A DNA stretch of 63,488 bases, the filler included, from Octopus bimaculoides (taxonomy: Eukaryota): assembly GCF_001194135.2 (NCBI RefSeq). It is 7 parts of 7 records of this genome, joined end to end, with 100 filler letters (N's around TTAATTAATTAA, not from the genome) between each part and the next. Parts side by side here need not be neighbours in the genome. Positions count along the whole stretch, not along the records: positions 36,106 to 48,472 come from NC_068983.1; positions 48,573 to 51,715 come from NC_069000.1; 5 more parts are not named here. One strand, given 5' to 3'. The position numbers were made by a program, and so were the translations under genes. How positions within the stretch are numbered: the stretch's first letter is position 1; each line of letters begins with the position of its first letter. Positions 39,426 through 51,207 of the stretch are shown piece after piece. A model generated the notes under the pieces. The model was not told the origin of the DNA and ran no database searches. It saw nothing but the letters and a program-made list of their open reading frames with translations.

Positions 39426-39731
39426 GTGAAGGTGCGTGGCTTAGTGGTTAGGCGTATTCTGCTCACGATCGTAAGGGTGTGAGTTTGAGAGTTTGATACC
39501 CGGTGGCGCATTTTGTCCTTGCGCAAGACTCAGCTGGCGAAAATGAGTAGTACCTGTATTTCAAAGGGCCAACCTTGTCTCAGTCTGAGTCACGCTGAAT
39601 CTCCCTGAAAATTACGCTAAGAGTACGTGTGTCTGTGGAGCGCTCAACCACTTGCATGTTAATTTCACGAGCAGGCTGTTCCGTTGATTGGATCAGCTGG
39701 AACCCTCGTCGTCGCAACCGACGGAGTGCCA
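39426..39731 (+). mobile_element. tRNA-derived SINE family D, near full length
   Basis: gtgaaggtgcgtggcttagtggttagg...ctcacgatcgtaagg head (A box). The tail matches 10614-10679 and 32230-32297. Confidence 0.85.
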
Positions 39732-40053
39732 TTATGTATGTATATTATGATTTCGCTTAGGCATAGCGATACTAATAACCAGTTATTAGAAGTCAATATA
39801 CACATGTTTTAGCGCAAAGCGTTAGGTGAATACAAAGCGTAATATTAATTAATGACTGACAGGGGAACAAGAATAATGCAATCAACTTCATAAGCTGTTT
39901 CTGCAATAAGAAGCTGTGTACTCAGAGCTGAGTGCGTGTGCAACATCCTATGGCTTCATCGGAGTAATTAAAATGAAGTGGTGAAGGTATGACAATGGTA
40001 AAAGAAAAATAAACAATGCAGTACGCTTTCTGTCTGTCTGTGTCTCCCTCTTC

Positions 40054-40107
<54 letters not shown>

Positions 40108-40258
40108 NNNNNNNNNNNNNNNNNNNNNNNNNNNNNNNNNNNNNNNNNNNNNNNNNNNNNNNNNNNNNNNNNNNNNNNNNNNNNNNNNNNNNNNNNNNNN
40201 NNNNNNNNNNNNNNNNNNNNNNNNNNNNNNNNNNTATATATATATATATATATATATA

Positions 40259-40314
<56 letters not shown>

Positions 40315-41289
40315 AGCGTTGGTAGTTAGTGAATTACAGTTATTGTTTTTTCTCTATCATTGTAATTATCTTAACCGCTAGAAATTAATTTTGTCTATCA
40401 ATTTGTCTGTGAGTGCAATAAAATGTTGTCAAATGGATTATCGTATTGACTTCAGAGGAAGATGTTGATTAATTGTCTTATGTTGATTAATTGTCTGGAT
40501 AGTTAGTATATTAAAGAACTGATTGGTTAAATTGATATTTACAGTTTGTCTATTTGCCTTGTTGTTGGTCTTGCCCATGAAACGGTAAAAATCCATCTCG
40601 CATTGCGAGTTTATTTCATAAGTCGATTGTGTATCAAATAATAATATCTGAAGAAGGGAATGGACTCTAAATTTATTGCGTAGATTGCATGGCTTTGTAT
40701 GTAATGTTAAATAAATGGCACTCGTTCACCGAAACATGCTTAATATTGATTTGATTTCTCTTTTCGTCAATTAAAATTATTATTATTCACTCTGTTTGGA
40801 TTATAACATACTTATTTCTCATACATGCCTTGGACTGGCGAAGTATTCCTTTAATAATTAATCGAAGGATAACCAATTAACCTTTTGGTTAATTAAAAAG
40901 TGTAAACTTTACACCTCATTCGAACACGTTGCTAACCAGGTTCCTGCATGAAGTGGTGAGGCAGTATCCCAGCTTGGTCGCAGCCCAGAAACTACTATAA
41001 AATATAAGATAAATGATAAAAGTGATATACATAAAAACATTATTCATCTTTAAAGGTGACGTTAATATTCTGAAGAATTATAATCTTAAGTGTAACTCAT
41101 CTCAGGACTTAATGCTCTTAGTTGCTACCACGTTTTAAATGTACAGGGCTGGCCAAAAGTCACGCACAAATAAATTCAATACACACTGGAATTGTCGAAG
41201 ACATGATTCAATTTTTCTAAAATTGAATAAAATAAATAGATAAAATAATGATTGATACACACACAGGATGAACAAAATGAATGATAATG

Positions 41290-41482
41290 ATTTCAAATTT
41301 TGGCGCAAGGTCGGTAAATCAATTATACAGACCCCAGTATTCAACTGGTACTCATTTTACTGACACTGAAAAGATGAAAGGTAAAGTCGACCGCGACGGA
41401 ATTTGAACTCAGGACGTAAGGACGGACGAAATGCCGCTAAGCATTTTGTCCAGCGCGCTCACGATTCTGCCAGCTCGCCGCT
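41290..41482 (-). mobile_element. SINE family A (tail type C)
   Basis: Reverse complement of the family A consensus. Confidence 0.85.
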
Positions 41483-41485
41483 GTT

Positions 41486-41549
<64 letters not shown>

Positions 41550-41553
41550 TAAT

Positions 41554-41909
41554 AAGACTAAAACAATACCTATTGTCATAGGTGCCCTGGGAATGACAGC
41601 GAAACGGGCTGATTACTACCTAGCTCAGATACCAGGAAACCCCAAGATGGCTGAAGTTCAAAAGATAGTGCTCATGGGAACTGCCTATATCCTACGTAAA
41701 ATACTGTCTATGTGATCTCAAATTTTAAAACAAACACATAATTTTCTTATGGTTTCTTAAACATTCTCTAGAACAACACTATGTACAAATCCAAATATAT
41801 GGTACCCTAGGCATAACACCTACATGAACTTCTAACTTGTTGTCTCTTGAGGTCTCTGGGTGAGACTTGGATCCAACTTGTACAAATGCAAAACAAAAGT
41901 CAAACATAA
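41554..41909 (+). mobile_element. 5'-truncated Dong/R4 3' end with intact ORF terminus and 3' UTR, flanked by (TAA)n on both sides
   Basis: KTKTIPIVIGALGMTAKRADYYLAQIPGNPKMAEVQKIVLMGTAYILRKILSM* (stop at 41713-41715) matches the R4/Dong C-terminus pattern PIVIGALG...QK..L.GTA.ILRK.L. TAA tracts lie at 41488-41553 and 41910-41947. Confidence 0.9.
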
Positions 41910-41947
41910 AATAATAATAATAATAAATTATAATAATGATGATGATA

Positions 41948-42865
41948 ACTACTAAAGATAGCGAATAAGGAACAGGTGATCAAGTGTGGAACAGGAAAAA
42001 AGGACAAAAATGAAATTCAAAGAGAGTACGTTAGACAGACCGAAGAGAAGTCAAATTTGGAGAGCCATTGAAAATGTATGTGGAGGAAAATCCTGGGCTT
42101 GTTTAAAAAAGGGCAATTAATATAAGAAACAAAGAGTCTAATTGTAGCAACCCAGGATCAAGCGATAAAAAGAACAAACTACTTGAGAAAAAGTGTATAT
42201 GGAGAGAATGTGTCAGAAAAATGTAGTCTGTGGAATTTGGAACGAGACAGTGGCACACATTGTTGCAGAATGTCCCAAGTTGGCAAAGGAAGAATAAGAA
42301 ATGGAGGCATGACCTAATTGTAAAAGCTTAACACTGAAAGCTTTGCCAGAAATGGAGATTTGAAACTGGAGACACATGGTATAAACGTCAGGACGAAAGA
42401 GTGCTGGAGTTGAAGAATTGTAAGATTTTGTGGCACTTTCATATTCAAACGGACAAGAAGCTAGAAAGCAATAAACCAGATATAACAATAATAGACAAGG
42501 AAAAGCGAACTTGCCACTAATTGATCCATTATGTCCGTTTGATTCCAGGATCGTAAAGGAAGACGGAAAAAAAAGAATATCTATAATCCCTTAAAATTTG
42601 AAATTGCAAGAATTTGGAATATGAAAAGTGTAAAGGTTGTGCCTATAATGATACGCAAAGATATAGAGAAATGGTTGAAGGAGATTGGAATAGAATGTCT
42701 GGTAAAGCTCCTACAGAAAGTTTGCCTCTTAGGGACAGGGAAGATTATCAGGAGGGTCTTAAGCATTTGAAAGACTATTCAAAGCTCGTGGATACCTAAG
42801 GTCACAGAATGTAACCCGCTACCCACATAAATTCTATCAGGAATAAGTATGAACCCGAATCAAAT
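41948..42865 (+). mobile_element. Decayed R4/Dong-clade 3' portion, second lineage (CCHC + RLE), ending in a (GAACAA)n/(CAA)n tail
   Basis: Broken frames give SLIVATQDQAI, KCSL...ETVAHIVAECPKLA (42222-42285), KILWHFHIQTDKKLESNKPDITIIDK (PD motif about 42470-42499) and KEIGIECLVKLLQKVCLLGTGKIIRRVLSI*. The tail is at 42866-42911. Confidence 0.87.
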
Positions 42866-43835
42866 GAACAAGAACAAGAACAAGAACAAGAACAACAACA
42901 ACAACAACAACACAATATAAAGAAAATAGCAAACGTTTTGGTGGTTGACTTTTGGCCCACCCTGTATATCAAGAGTGCTTTAGGTAATCCGTACTTCTAC
43001 TTAAAAAAAAAAAAGTAATCTAATTTTTTACAATCACTTTCTTCAACTCTTTCTCTCCCACTCACTTTCACTTACACGAATTGTTTTTCAAAGTAGGAGC
43101 AATTATTTTCCCGTAATGCATTTTTAGTTGAATTTTGTTATTCAAATAAATCGTTAGAAATAATTTACGTTATGTTCGTTTCAGTTAGTTTTGATAACAA
43201 TCTTATCCATATTTATTGCTATTTTCCTTGCTTTGAAGATTTCAATTAAACACAAGTTTTATGATACATCAGTGAATTGTAAAGCTTTACAGGTCATAAT
43301 GGAGGCATGTCCACAATACTGGTGGATTTCAGAAGACAANNNNNNNNNNNNNNNNNNNNNNNNNNNNNNNNNNNNNNNNNNNNNNNNNNNNNNNNNNNNN
43401 NNNNNNNNNNNNNNNNNNNNNNNNNNNNNNNNNNNNNNNNNNNNNNNNNNNNNNNNNNNNNNNNNNNNNNNNNNNNNNNNNNNNNNNNNNNNNNNNNNNN
43501 NNNNNNNNNNNNNNNNNNNNNNNNNNNNNNNNNNNNNNNNNNNNNNNNNNNNNNNNNNNNNNNNNNNNNNNNNNNNNNNNNNNNNNNNNNNNNNNNNNNN
43601 NNNNNNNNNNNNNNNNNNNNNNNNNNNNNNNNNNNNNNNNNNNNNNNNNNNNNNNNNNNNNNNNNNNNNNNNNNNNNNNNNNNNNNNNNNNNNNNNNNNN
43701 NNNNNNNNNNNNNNNNNNNNNNNNNNNNNNNNNNNNNNNNNNNNNNNNNNNNNNNNNNNNNNNNNNNNNNNNNNNNNNNNNNNNNNNNNNNNNNNNNNNN
43801 NNNNNNNNCCCCCCAAAATGTTGGCCCTGTGATTT

Positions 43836-43950
43836 CAGTGGTTCTCAATTGGGGTCCATATGGCCCCTGAAAGTTCATATAAGATTCTTAAGGGTCCACG
43901 TAACAAAACAGTAAATTGAGGGTCCATAATAGTATTTTAAGGGTTCCTGT
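43836..43950 (+). mobile_element. hAT-type (cagtggttctcaa) terminal sequence, partner end not found
   Basis: cagtggttctcaa is the typical start of hAT/Charlie-like TIRs. I saw no matching ttgagaaccactg nearby. Confidence 0.45.
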
Positions 43951-44677
43951 TTTTATTTCTTGTCTTCTATCGTTGAAGGTGAAAGCTAATAAAAAGCTAG
44001 AACTGATTTAGTAAAGTTCTTTGGATGCCGATGTCGCAAAGCTAAATTTTCACGAGACTTAGCTTGTACCTTTTCCCAGAGTTCCGGGAAAATTATTCGT
44101 ATGTTGCTACGAGTGAGCTGAGTTAAATGAGATACTATACAACAGATGTACATGATGTGTGTTTCGTTATTGTTATAATATTGAATTGAACTGAACTGTC
44201 AGTCTTGATATGAGCGAAGCTTGTGTTCCCTTCCAGAACGTGAGAGATTTGGTAGTTGTTCATCATTATTTTCATTATTTTTATTATGTTGTACTCAGTG
44301 ATAAATGCTGGAATCTCTGATGAACGACAATTATCTCAACAAAATTCCATTTTCTTCCAGCGAATAAAAACTCTATTCATAGGAGTAGATACTTTTGTTT
44401 CATTTGGTGTCGGAAATCTTGTTACCAAAATTAGTAAAATTTCTTCTCTAGACTTAAAAACAGCAAAAAGCAGTCACAACGTAAATCCAAGGATGAAACA
44501 ATATATATCAGTATGCACAAATCACTCACCAGCGATCATGCAGAACATTACTACAATACCTTCCCAGTTTCTATTAACTCTGGTGTGCTGTGTACTAGAG
44601 TTTAATTTTGTTTTACAGTCTCTTTTCTTCTATACATAAATGACCTTGTCACCCAGTCCATCAAAACCCACTCTTAC

Positions 44678-45720
44678 GATCTGAAATTAGTTACAAAAAA
44701 ATATGAATGATATGAAATGTTTTGACTTAGTTACGACATTTCAAAAGATATAGGGATGGAATTTGGCCAGGGCAAATGTTCCTACACAATTGTAGAATTA
44801 TGAAAAGTTACGAAGCGGTCTAGCAACATCTCTAGCAGGCTACTTTCAATATCTGATGAGGACTATTATAGGTATCTGGGGTTGAATGAAAATATATCCT
44901 ATGATGGAACATAATACCAGGGAATGTTGCGCATGGATGAAAATAATACAGTCTTCATAACTTTCTATATATGATGAATTAGCAACCTACAATGTGTTAG
45001 CTGTGTCAGTGTTCACTCCAACATTTGGAGAGCTTAAAGGGACGCCATACATTTTAAACAGGAAAACTATGAACCATTCCCAGAAATTTCACATCAGCAG
45101 GCCATCCCTACCCAAACTGAAAGCAAGGAAGCAGAGGCTTAACATTCTTTCAAACAGCCTTTGAATATCGGATCCTATCTTTTCGACGGCATCTCATAAC
45201 CACTAAATATCGAAGTGATTCTATATATCAAATCTGTACACAAGAAACAAGTAGCCATATGAATAATTGAAAGGGCTTCTTCGAAAATTAATTAGTAACT
45301 GATGACTAATGATACATGCCCAGGAAAGTTGTATACCTTCGTCACTCCAACATCAGACGAAAAGCTGGTGGAAGCTCATGCATGGCTAAACTTCACTAGT
45401 AGAGTAACTCATCTTCAACTAAAAATTGGTGTATTACCTTGCACTTTGAAGGGTATGCTCTAGTAATCTAAGGACAGGAAATAGCAAAATACCCGATATA
45501 CAAAAAGAATAGGGATATAAGTAAACACTGAGATATGACAAGCAGTGCTCTCAAATACCCTCACGATGCTGTCTACCTATTACAAGGATGTCGTTGTCTA
45601 AAAGCTATGAAATTTAATTGGTAGAAAAGATAGTTCTGACTTTGAAAATATATTCGAAGTTACACTGACGTGGACGGTACTCACTCATGAAATAATACTG
45701 GCAAAATGTTCTTGTGGAAG
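44678..45720 (+). mobile_element. Highly decayed R4/Dong RT-to-RLE fragment
   Basis: Broken frames give DLKLVTKNMNDMK, DLVTTF.KDIGMEFGQGKC, DEDYYRYLGLNENISYDG, AVSVFTPTFG and HFEGYAL. Confidence 0.72.
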
Positions 45721-46200
45721 CTGTTTGTCAAATATAGGTACAAGATAGTGGTTTAAGACATCGAAACGAAAGTGTGCACAGCAGTAGATGTTAGCATAAT
45801 GTTTAAGATGGAAGAAGAAAAAAACATCTATGTTGAATTAATCAGAAATTTGCGAATGCTACATTCATAATGTTACTTTAGATTTATACCTATGGTTACT
45901 GGAGTATCTGTTTACGTAACTAAGTGTAACGGAGGGTCTGTGCACAAATCTTGAGCAGCTGGGCTAAAATTTAAAACACCCCCTCCCAGTTAATTAAGAA
46001 ATGACAATAACAAGTAATTAGAGGAACTGAGGTAATACACAAAATATTTCAGAAGCTTAGTCTGTAACAAGTGCATAAGCAAACATAAACATATGTACAA
46101 GTATACACATATGTAAGTCAAAACATACACATCCTCCCATTATTACAGTAGCAGCATTATAGATACTAGCCCACCTGAGACTGCACAACCTGCTTAATAA

Positions 46201-46419
46201 TTCTTTCTACTATAGGCACAAGGCCTGATATTTTGGGGGAGAGGGGGCTAGAGGGGTTACATCGACCTCAGTGCTTAACTAGTACTTAATTTGATCGACT
46301 CTGGGAAGATAAAAGGTAAAGTGGACCTTGGCGGAATTTGAACTCAGAACGCAATGCCAAAAGAAATGTCAGTAAGCATTTCGACTGGCGTGCTAACGAT
46401 TCTGTCAGCTTGCCACCTT
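46201..46419 (-). mobile_element. SINE family A (tail type A) with imperfect TSD cctgctt(a/g)ataat
   Basis: Reverse complement of the family A consensus, with a flanking near-identical 13-mer. Confidence 0.82.
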
Positions 46420-46831
46420 CAGCCTGCTTGATAATGATAAAGTTATTTTACTGAATTCTTCGTTATCTTCAAAATTAATTGAAAGAGAAATAACTTATTT
46501 TAATAGAAATTTGGTAACAAAAGGTGTAAAAAAACAAAAACAAAAAAAAAACAACATAAACCAAGAACCCTTTTTCAAGTTCAGCCTTACGAGAAGGACA
46601 ACTCAGAACAATGAGACCCCATGAAACAAAAGATTCACAGACGACAAATATATCAAGCTTATATTCTCATAATCAGCTGCCAAACAGGTATCACTATAGT
46701 TTCGACACCTGGGTAGTACCATCCAATCCGGCAGTGTCATGAAAGTTACCTGGGAATTAATAGACAAGAAGCAGGAGCGAAATGTATTTCTATACACAGA
46801 CACACGCACTACACACATTCATACATATATA

Positions 46832-47074
46832 TCTTTTATTTTGTATCTTTCTTGTTTCAGTGATTAGACTGCGGCCATGCTGGGGCACCGCGTTGAAAAA
46901 TTTTCAGTCAAATGTATAGACCCCAGTACTTATTTTTATAAGTTTAGTGCTTATTCTATCAGTATCTTTTGCCGAACCGCTAGGTTATGGGGGTAAATAC
47001 ACCGGCACCAGCTGTCAAGCAGTGGTGGGGGACAAACACAGACACAAAGACACACACACACATACATACATATG

Positions 47075-47123
<49 letters not shown>

Positions 47124-47288
47124 GTATATATATACGATGGGCTTCTTTCAGTTTCCGTCTACCAAATCCACTCACAAGACTTTGAGGCTATGGTAGAAGA
47201 CACTTGCCCAAGCTACTACGCAGTGGGACGGAACCCGGAACAATGTGGTTGGAAAGTAAATTTCTTACTACACAGCCACGCCTGCGTC
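46832..47288 (-). mobile_element. SINE family B, full length
   Basis: Reverse complement of 27728-28133, with an internal CA/TA tract. Confidence 0.9.
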
Positions 47289-47656
47289 TATATATATACC
47301 GAGGTTTTCTTAGTAGTATTCTTTTACTAGTGTTTTTCCCATCCGCAAACACTTTGTCAGCCAAGACGAAAGATCAACTACCTGGCCATAATGTGAGCTA
47401 TCCCAAGTTAGACACAAACATGGAAGTTACCTTCGTAGCAAATGCTAAGTTTGTTGTGTCACCCCTCTCGCATTGTCTTGAGCGTTAGTGATAAGTATTC
47501 GTTGGCTCTAGACAGGTTTCATTCATCCTTTTGACTGGTGTTGTTTTTGCTCTACTGGGTTTCCAGCAACTGTCCACGCCAGGTAAGCCAGCAAGGGTGC
47601 CAATTGTCGAAGAAACATGTGTAGAGTACAGGGATACAGAGTACTATTAGTAGCAC

Positions 47657-47810
47657 CACGACGGGCTTCTTTCAGTTTCCGTCTACCAAATCCACTCACA
47701 AGTCTTTGGTCGACCCGAGGCTATAGTAGAAGGCACTTGCCCAAGGTGCCACGCAGTGGGACTGAACTCAGAACCATGTGCTTGGGAAGAAGCTTCTTAC
47801 CACACTGCTA
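47657..47810 (-). mobile_element. SINE family B 5' half
   Basis: acgacgggcttctttcagtttccgtctaccaaatccactcacaag...ccaaggtgccacgcagtgggactgaac. Confidence 0.9.
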
Positions 47811-48009
47811 CGTCTCTCTCTCTCTCTCTCTACCTACCCACCTACCTACATGCATACATAATACATGCGTGTGTTTATAACAAAATCTCTAAAACGGATT
47901 TTATCTCGAACGCAAACTGTAGCATCTTGCCTGTCAGCAGTGTGTATACATGAAGTATGACATTTAGATGTCTATATTAATTTAGCGTGACTTCATTTGC
48001 AGACATTTG

Positions 48010-48076
<67 letters not shown>

Positions 48077-48572
48077 CGCGCGTACACACATATTTGGGAG
48101 CGCCACATATCGGAGGAAACAGAGCCACAGACAACAGCTAGAAAAATCTGTTAAAAAAGGCTTTGGAAAGAAAAAAGTGTAGGCTTATAAACTCTTATGA
48201 TGCCAACAGTATATATATATATAGCAATAAGAAAATCGCACCCACTTATTGCACTTGGTATAACACTAGTGTAACAATAATTGGGTACCTTCCCAGCAGT
48301 ATATTGGATAGATACTCTCCCTTAGTGGGTTGAATCCTCAACCCCTAACTCTCCTGCATTATATATATATATGTAAGGGACGATTATTTATATTTAAATG
48401 AGAAGATTGTATGTAATGGCGATAGTAGTTTTGTATCTAATGGCGGGAGGTAGTTTCACTACATATATATATNNNNNNNNNNNNNNNNNNNNNNNNNNNN
48501 NNNNNNNNNNNNNNNNTTAATTAATTAANNNNNNNNNNNNNNNNNNNNNNNNNNNNNNNNNNNNNNNNNNNN

Positions 48573-48730
48573 GTTCTGAGTTCAAATTCCGCCGAGGTCG
48601 ACTTTGCCTTTCATCCTTTCGGGGTCGATAAATTAAGTACCAGTTACGCACTGGGGTCGATGTAATCGACTTAATCCCTTTGTCTGTCCTTGTTTGTCCC
48701 GTCTATGTTTAGCCCCTTGTGGGCAATAAA
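48573..48730 (+). mobile_element. SINE family A (tail type B), head lost in gap
   Basis: gttctgagttcaaattccgccgaggtcgac...tttagccccttgtgggcaataaa. Confidence 0.92.
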
Positions 48731-48780
48731 AAAAAAATTTTTTTAAATTTTCAAGTGCATCCAATGTATCTCAACTCCAA

Positions 48781-48895
48781 AGATTTGGCTGCTATTTCTA
48801 GCATGCCCTGCTAACTCATAACAGCTATTTGTGGTAAAGGACCCAAAATACCTGTTACGTGATAGCAGGGCATGCAAGAAATAGCAGCCAAATCT
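48781..48895. repeat. 115-nt fold-back hairpin
   Basis: Arms 48781-48813 and 48863-48895 match 32/33 as inverted repeats, and pairing continues into the spacer. Confidence 0.88.
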
Positions 48896-49686
48896 TTCCT
48901 TTTCTAGGGAAAGAAACTGTTTACATGTGATTTCAATGTCACATTCTTTGAAAGCATGTCAAATAACCTGGAAAAGAAAAAAAAACCCACAAAACAAAAC
49001 TCTGTTGCTGGGAAACTCAGTTTCCACGGGTAGTCTAATTTATAACTAAAGATCCCAAGCACTATTTCATCCTATATGACCCAAAGTCAGTGGCTTCAAA
49101 CATTTCTGCCACCTCATCACCCTATATAAGGTATATATTTTTTTCAACTATGTTATCTAAATATAAAGCTTGTGACACTAGTTAGTTTCTATGACACATT
49201 GGAGTGTCGTCACACATTTGTAGAAAACTACTAGCGTATATATAAAAAGGAAGTGTTAAAATGTAATAAAGGCAAAAAATAAAACCTGTAGAAGATAGTT
49301 GATTTACAAAAGTCAAGTACATAGAGAAACAAAGATTTAAACATATTTCTAAAATATCTATCAACTATATTGGCAGATTTCAAAGAAAATTGCTATTATA
49401 CACACTCCCGAATTCCCCACCTTAAGTGTCTGAAAATCAATAAAAAGAACGTTCCAGATCCCACAGAACAGTGTGAGCAATATTCATGCTTCTCGCTATA
49501 AGTTATATAAGACCAGTGAACTGTAGTAAGTCAAATATAGAAGAAAAAACAGTAAATTTGGGGAAGTACACCCGCACACATTTCACTAATAAAAGACCTC
49601 TTATTTTTTGCATGGAATCAAGTACCCTAACCTCCTAATGTGCTGAAAACCCCTTATTTTTGTTTGGAAAAAAGAGTGGAGATGCT

Positions 49687-49860
49687 CTACATAGTGTTAG
49701 CTTCTAGATCCTCAGCATTGTCTTGTAGTGGTGCTTTGACTGCTATGTTGATAGCATCCCTGTAGCAGGAGTATGTGGTTAGGTTTATGAAGTTCTTTGC
49801 TAATTTCTCCTTACATCTATCCCACCATACCATAAATAGGTTAGCCACCCCCAGCATTTT
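49687..49860 (-). mobile_element. Penelope-like RT fragment (motif B end to motif C)
   Basis: GVANLFMVWWDRCKEKLAKNFINLTTYSCYRDAINI, i.e. a decayed YSRYxDDIN motif C. It is homologous to 50490-50585. Confidence 0.72.
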
Positions 49861-50055
49861 ACAGAAATACGTTTTCAATAGTGTGGATTACATGGTTCGT
49901 TATTAAATAAATATTTGCTAGTTGGTACTAACATTTATACTGTGTGTATTTTATGCTAAAATTATTTTTTCTGAAGTCATTGTCTATGGGATGTGTGTGT
50001 GTATGCAATCAATGAGTGCAACCATGCTCATGACCTGATGGGTTGCATAATTAGC

Positions 50056-50585
50056 AGTATGGACAAAGTGTCCCTACACCCATCCATTGATGTTGGTTTT
50101 GCTGTGGAGAAAAATGTGGAGGTGATCAGTGAGAGCGGTGTGGAGTGCTGTGGTGTTGACACTGAAGAACTAGGCCTCCTCCTGAGACTGACATGCAAGA
50201 ATGATTACTTAAATAAACATAGCCTTAGTTGTTTCTACCCCACTAGATCAATAAAAGTAGACCCCCCCTCCCACTATAACTTCTATGGCCAAGACGACCC
50301 TTAAAGAGAGATGGAATGGGTGGACCAGAGCTATATGGACCCCCGAAAATAATGATCAGGTTAAAAAGATGGTTGCACATGTGGTGGGTGTAAGTACCAA
50401 GACCACACTCAAGGGCCATATTAAGTTTAATAACAAGATATACATCCAAAAGGAAGATGCAGCCATTGGTGTCAGTTATTGCTGGCAATGTGGCTAACCT
50501 ATTTATGATATGGTAGGATAGGAGGCGTAAAGAGAATTTAGCAGAGAACTCCATAAACCTAACCCTGTACTCCCGCTACATGGAT
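50056..50585 (+). mobile_element. Penelope-like RT fragment (motifs A-B, truncated at motif C)
   Basis: SMDKVSLHPSIDV (motif A, D..SLYPSI), KTTLKGHIKFNNKIYIQKEDAAIG / IAGNVANLFMIW*DR (motif B) and YSRYMD (50568-50585). Confidence 0.8.
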
Positions 50586-50920
50586 TAGTAGTTAGCGACT
50601 TCGGGATCAGGGCTAAATGGATGCCCAGAAGTAGACCAGCTTGGAGGAGAAGGGTCTGGAAGCTTAAAGATCCTGCAAATGGACAGAGATTTAGAGATGT
50701 GTTACTCGAAGCCTTCAACAAAATAGAAGGGGATATAGCATCACATGATGTGGAAGACAATTGGAAGTTTCTACAAGACAACCTGCTGAGAGCCACTGAC
50801 CAGATATGTAGATGGTGCAAAGTCCCCTCTCAACCCAAAGTAACGTGGTGGTGGAACAATGTGGTTGACAGGGCTGTTAGACAAAAGAAACAGGCTTGGA
50901 AGGACTAGAAGAATGGAGGT
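50585..50920 (+). mobile_element. RTE-clade LINE fragment (endonuclease-RT linker)
   Basis: LVVSDFGIRAKWMPRSRPAWRRRVWKLKDP...VEDNWKFLQDNLLRATDQIC...KVTWWWNNVVDRAVRQKKQAWKD*. The W+LK...W...TWWWN..V..A...K+.AWK pattern is typical of RTE elements. Confidence 0.85.
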
Positions 50921-50922
50921 AG

Positions 50923-51207
50923 TGTTATAGGGACTGTTAGATTTGTTAGTCGTCTGACGTCTCATGTTTCAGTGTGGTTCGTCTGAGTTCCTTGTTTTCG
51001 TTGTTGTTCTGAATGACTGGGATAGTAAAATGTCATTGATATATATGGTGGACATGACTCTTGTTTATTAACATCGAACTTTCGGTGAGTGCGTTCTTTG
51101 TATGTAATTGAATAATAAATGTAATAATTAAATTGTACAACTCGTCTTTTCTCTGCGAGTCTCCCGAGAGGAATACAACAGAGTTTATTGGCGTCGCCAA
51201 TAGGATT
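50923..51207 (+). mobile_element. Gypsy-like LTR (50923-51180) followed by a tRNA-Ser-like primer binding site
   Basis: It begins TGTT and ends AACA, with AATAAA at 51114-51119. tggcgtcgccaataggatt (51189-51207) resembles the complement of a tRNA-Ser 3' end (TGGCGTCACGAACAGGATT, 16/19 from memory). Confidence 0.55.

Larger units (their letters stand above)
41144..42964. mobile_element. Tc1/mariner-type MITE split by nested insertions
   Basis: The left end is TA|cagggctggccaaaagtca (41144-41162) and the right end is tgacttttggcccaccctg|TA (42946-42964). The inverted match is 17/19, with TA on both outer sides. Confidence 0.75.
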
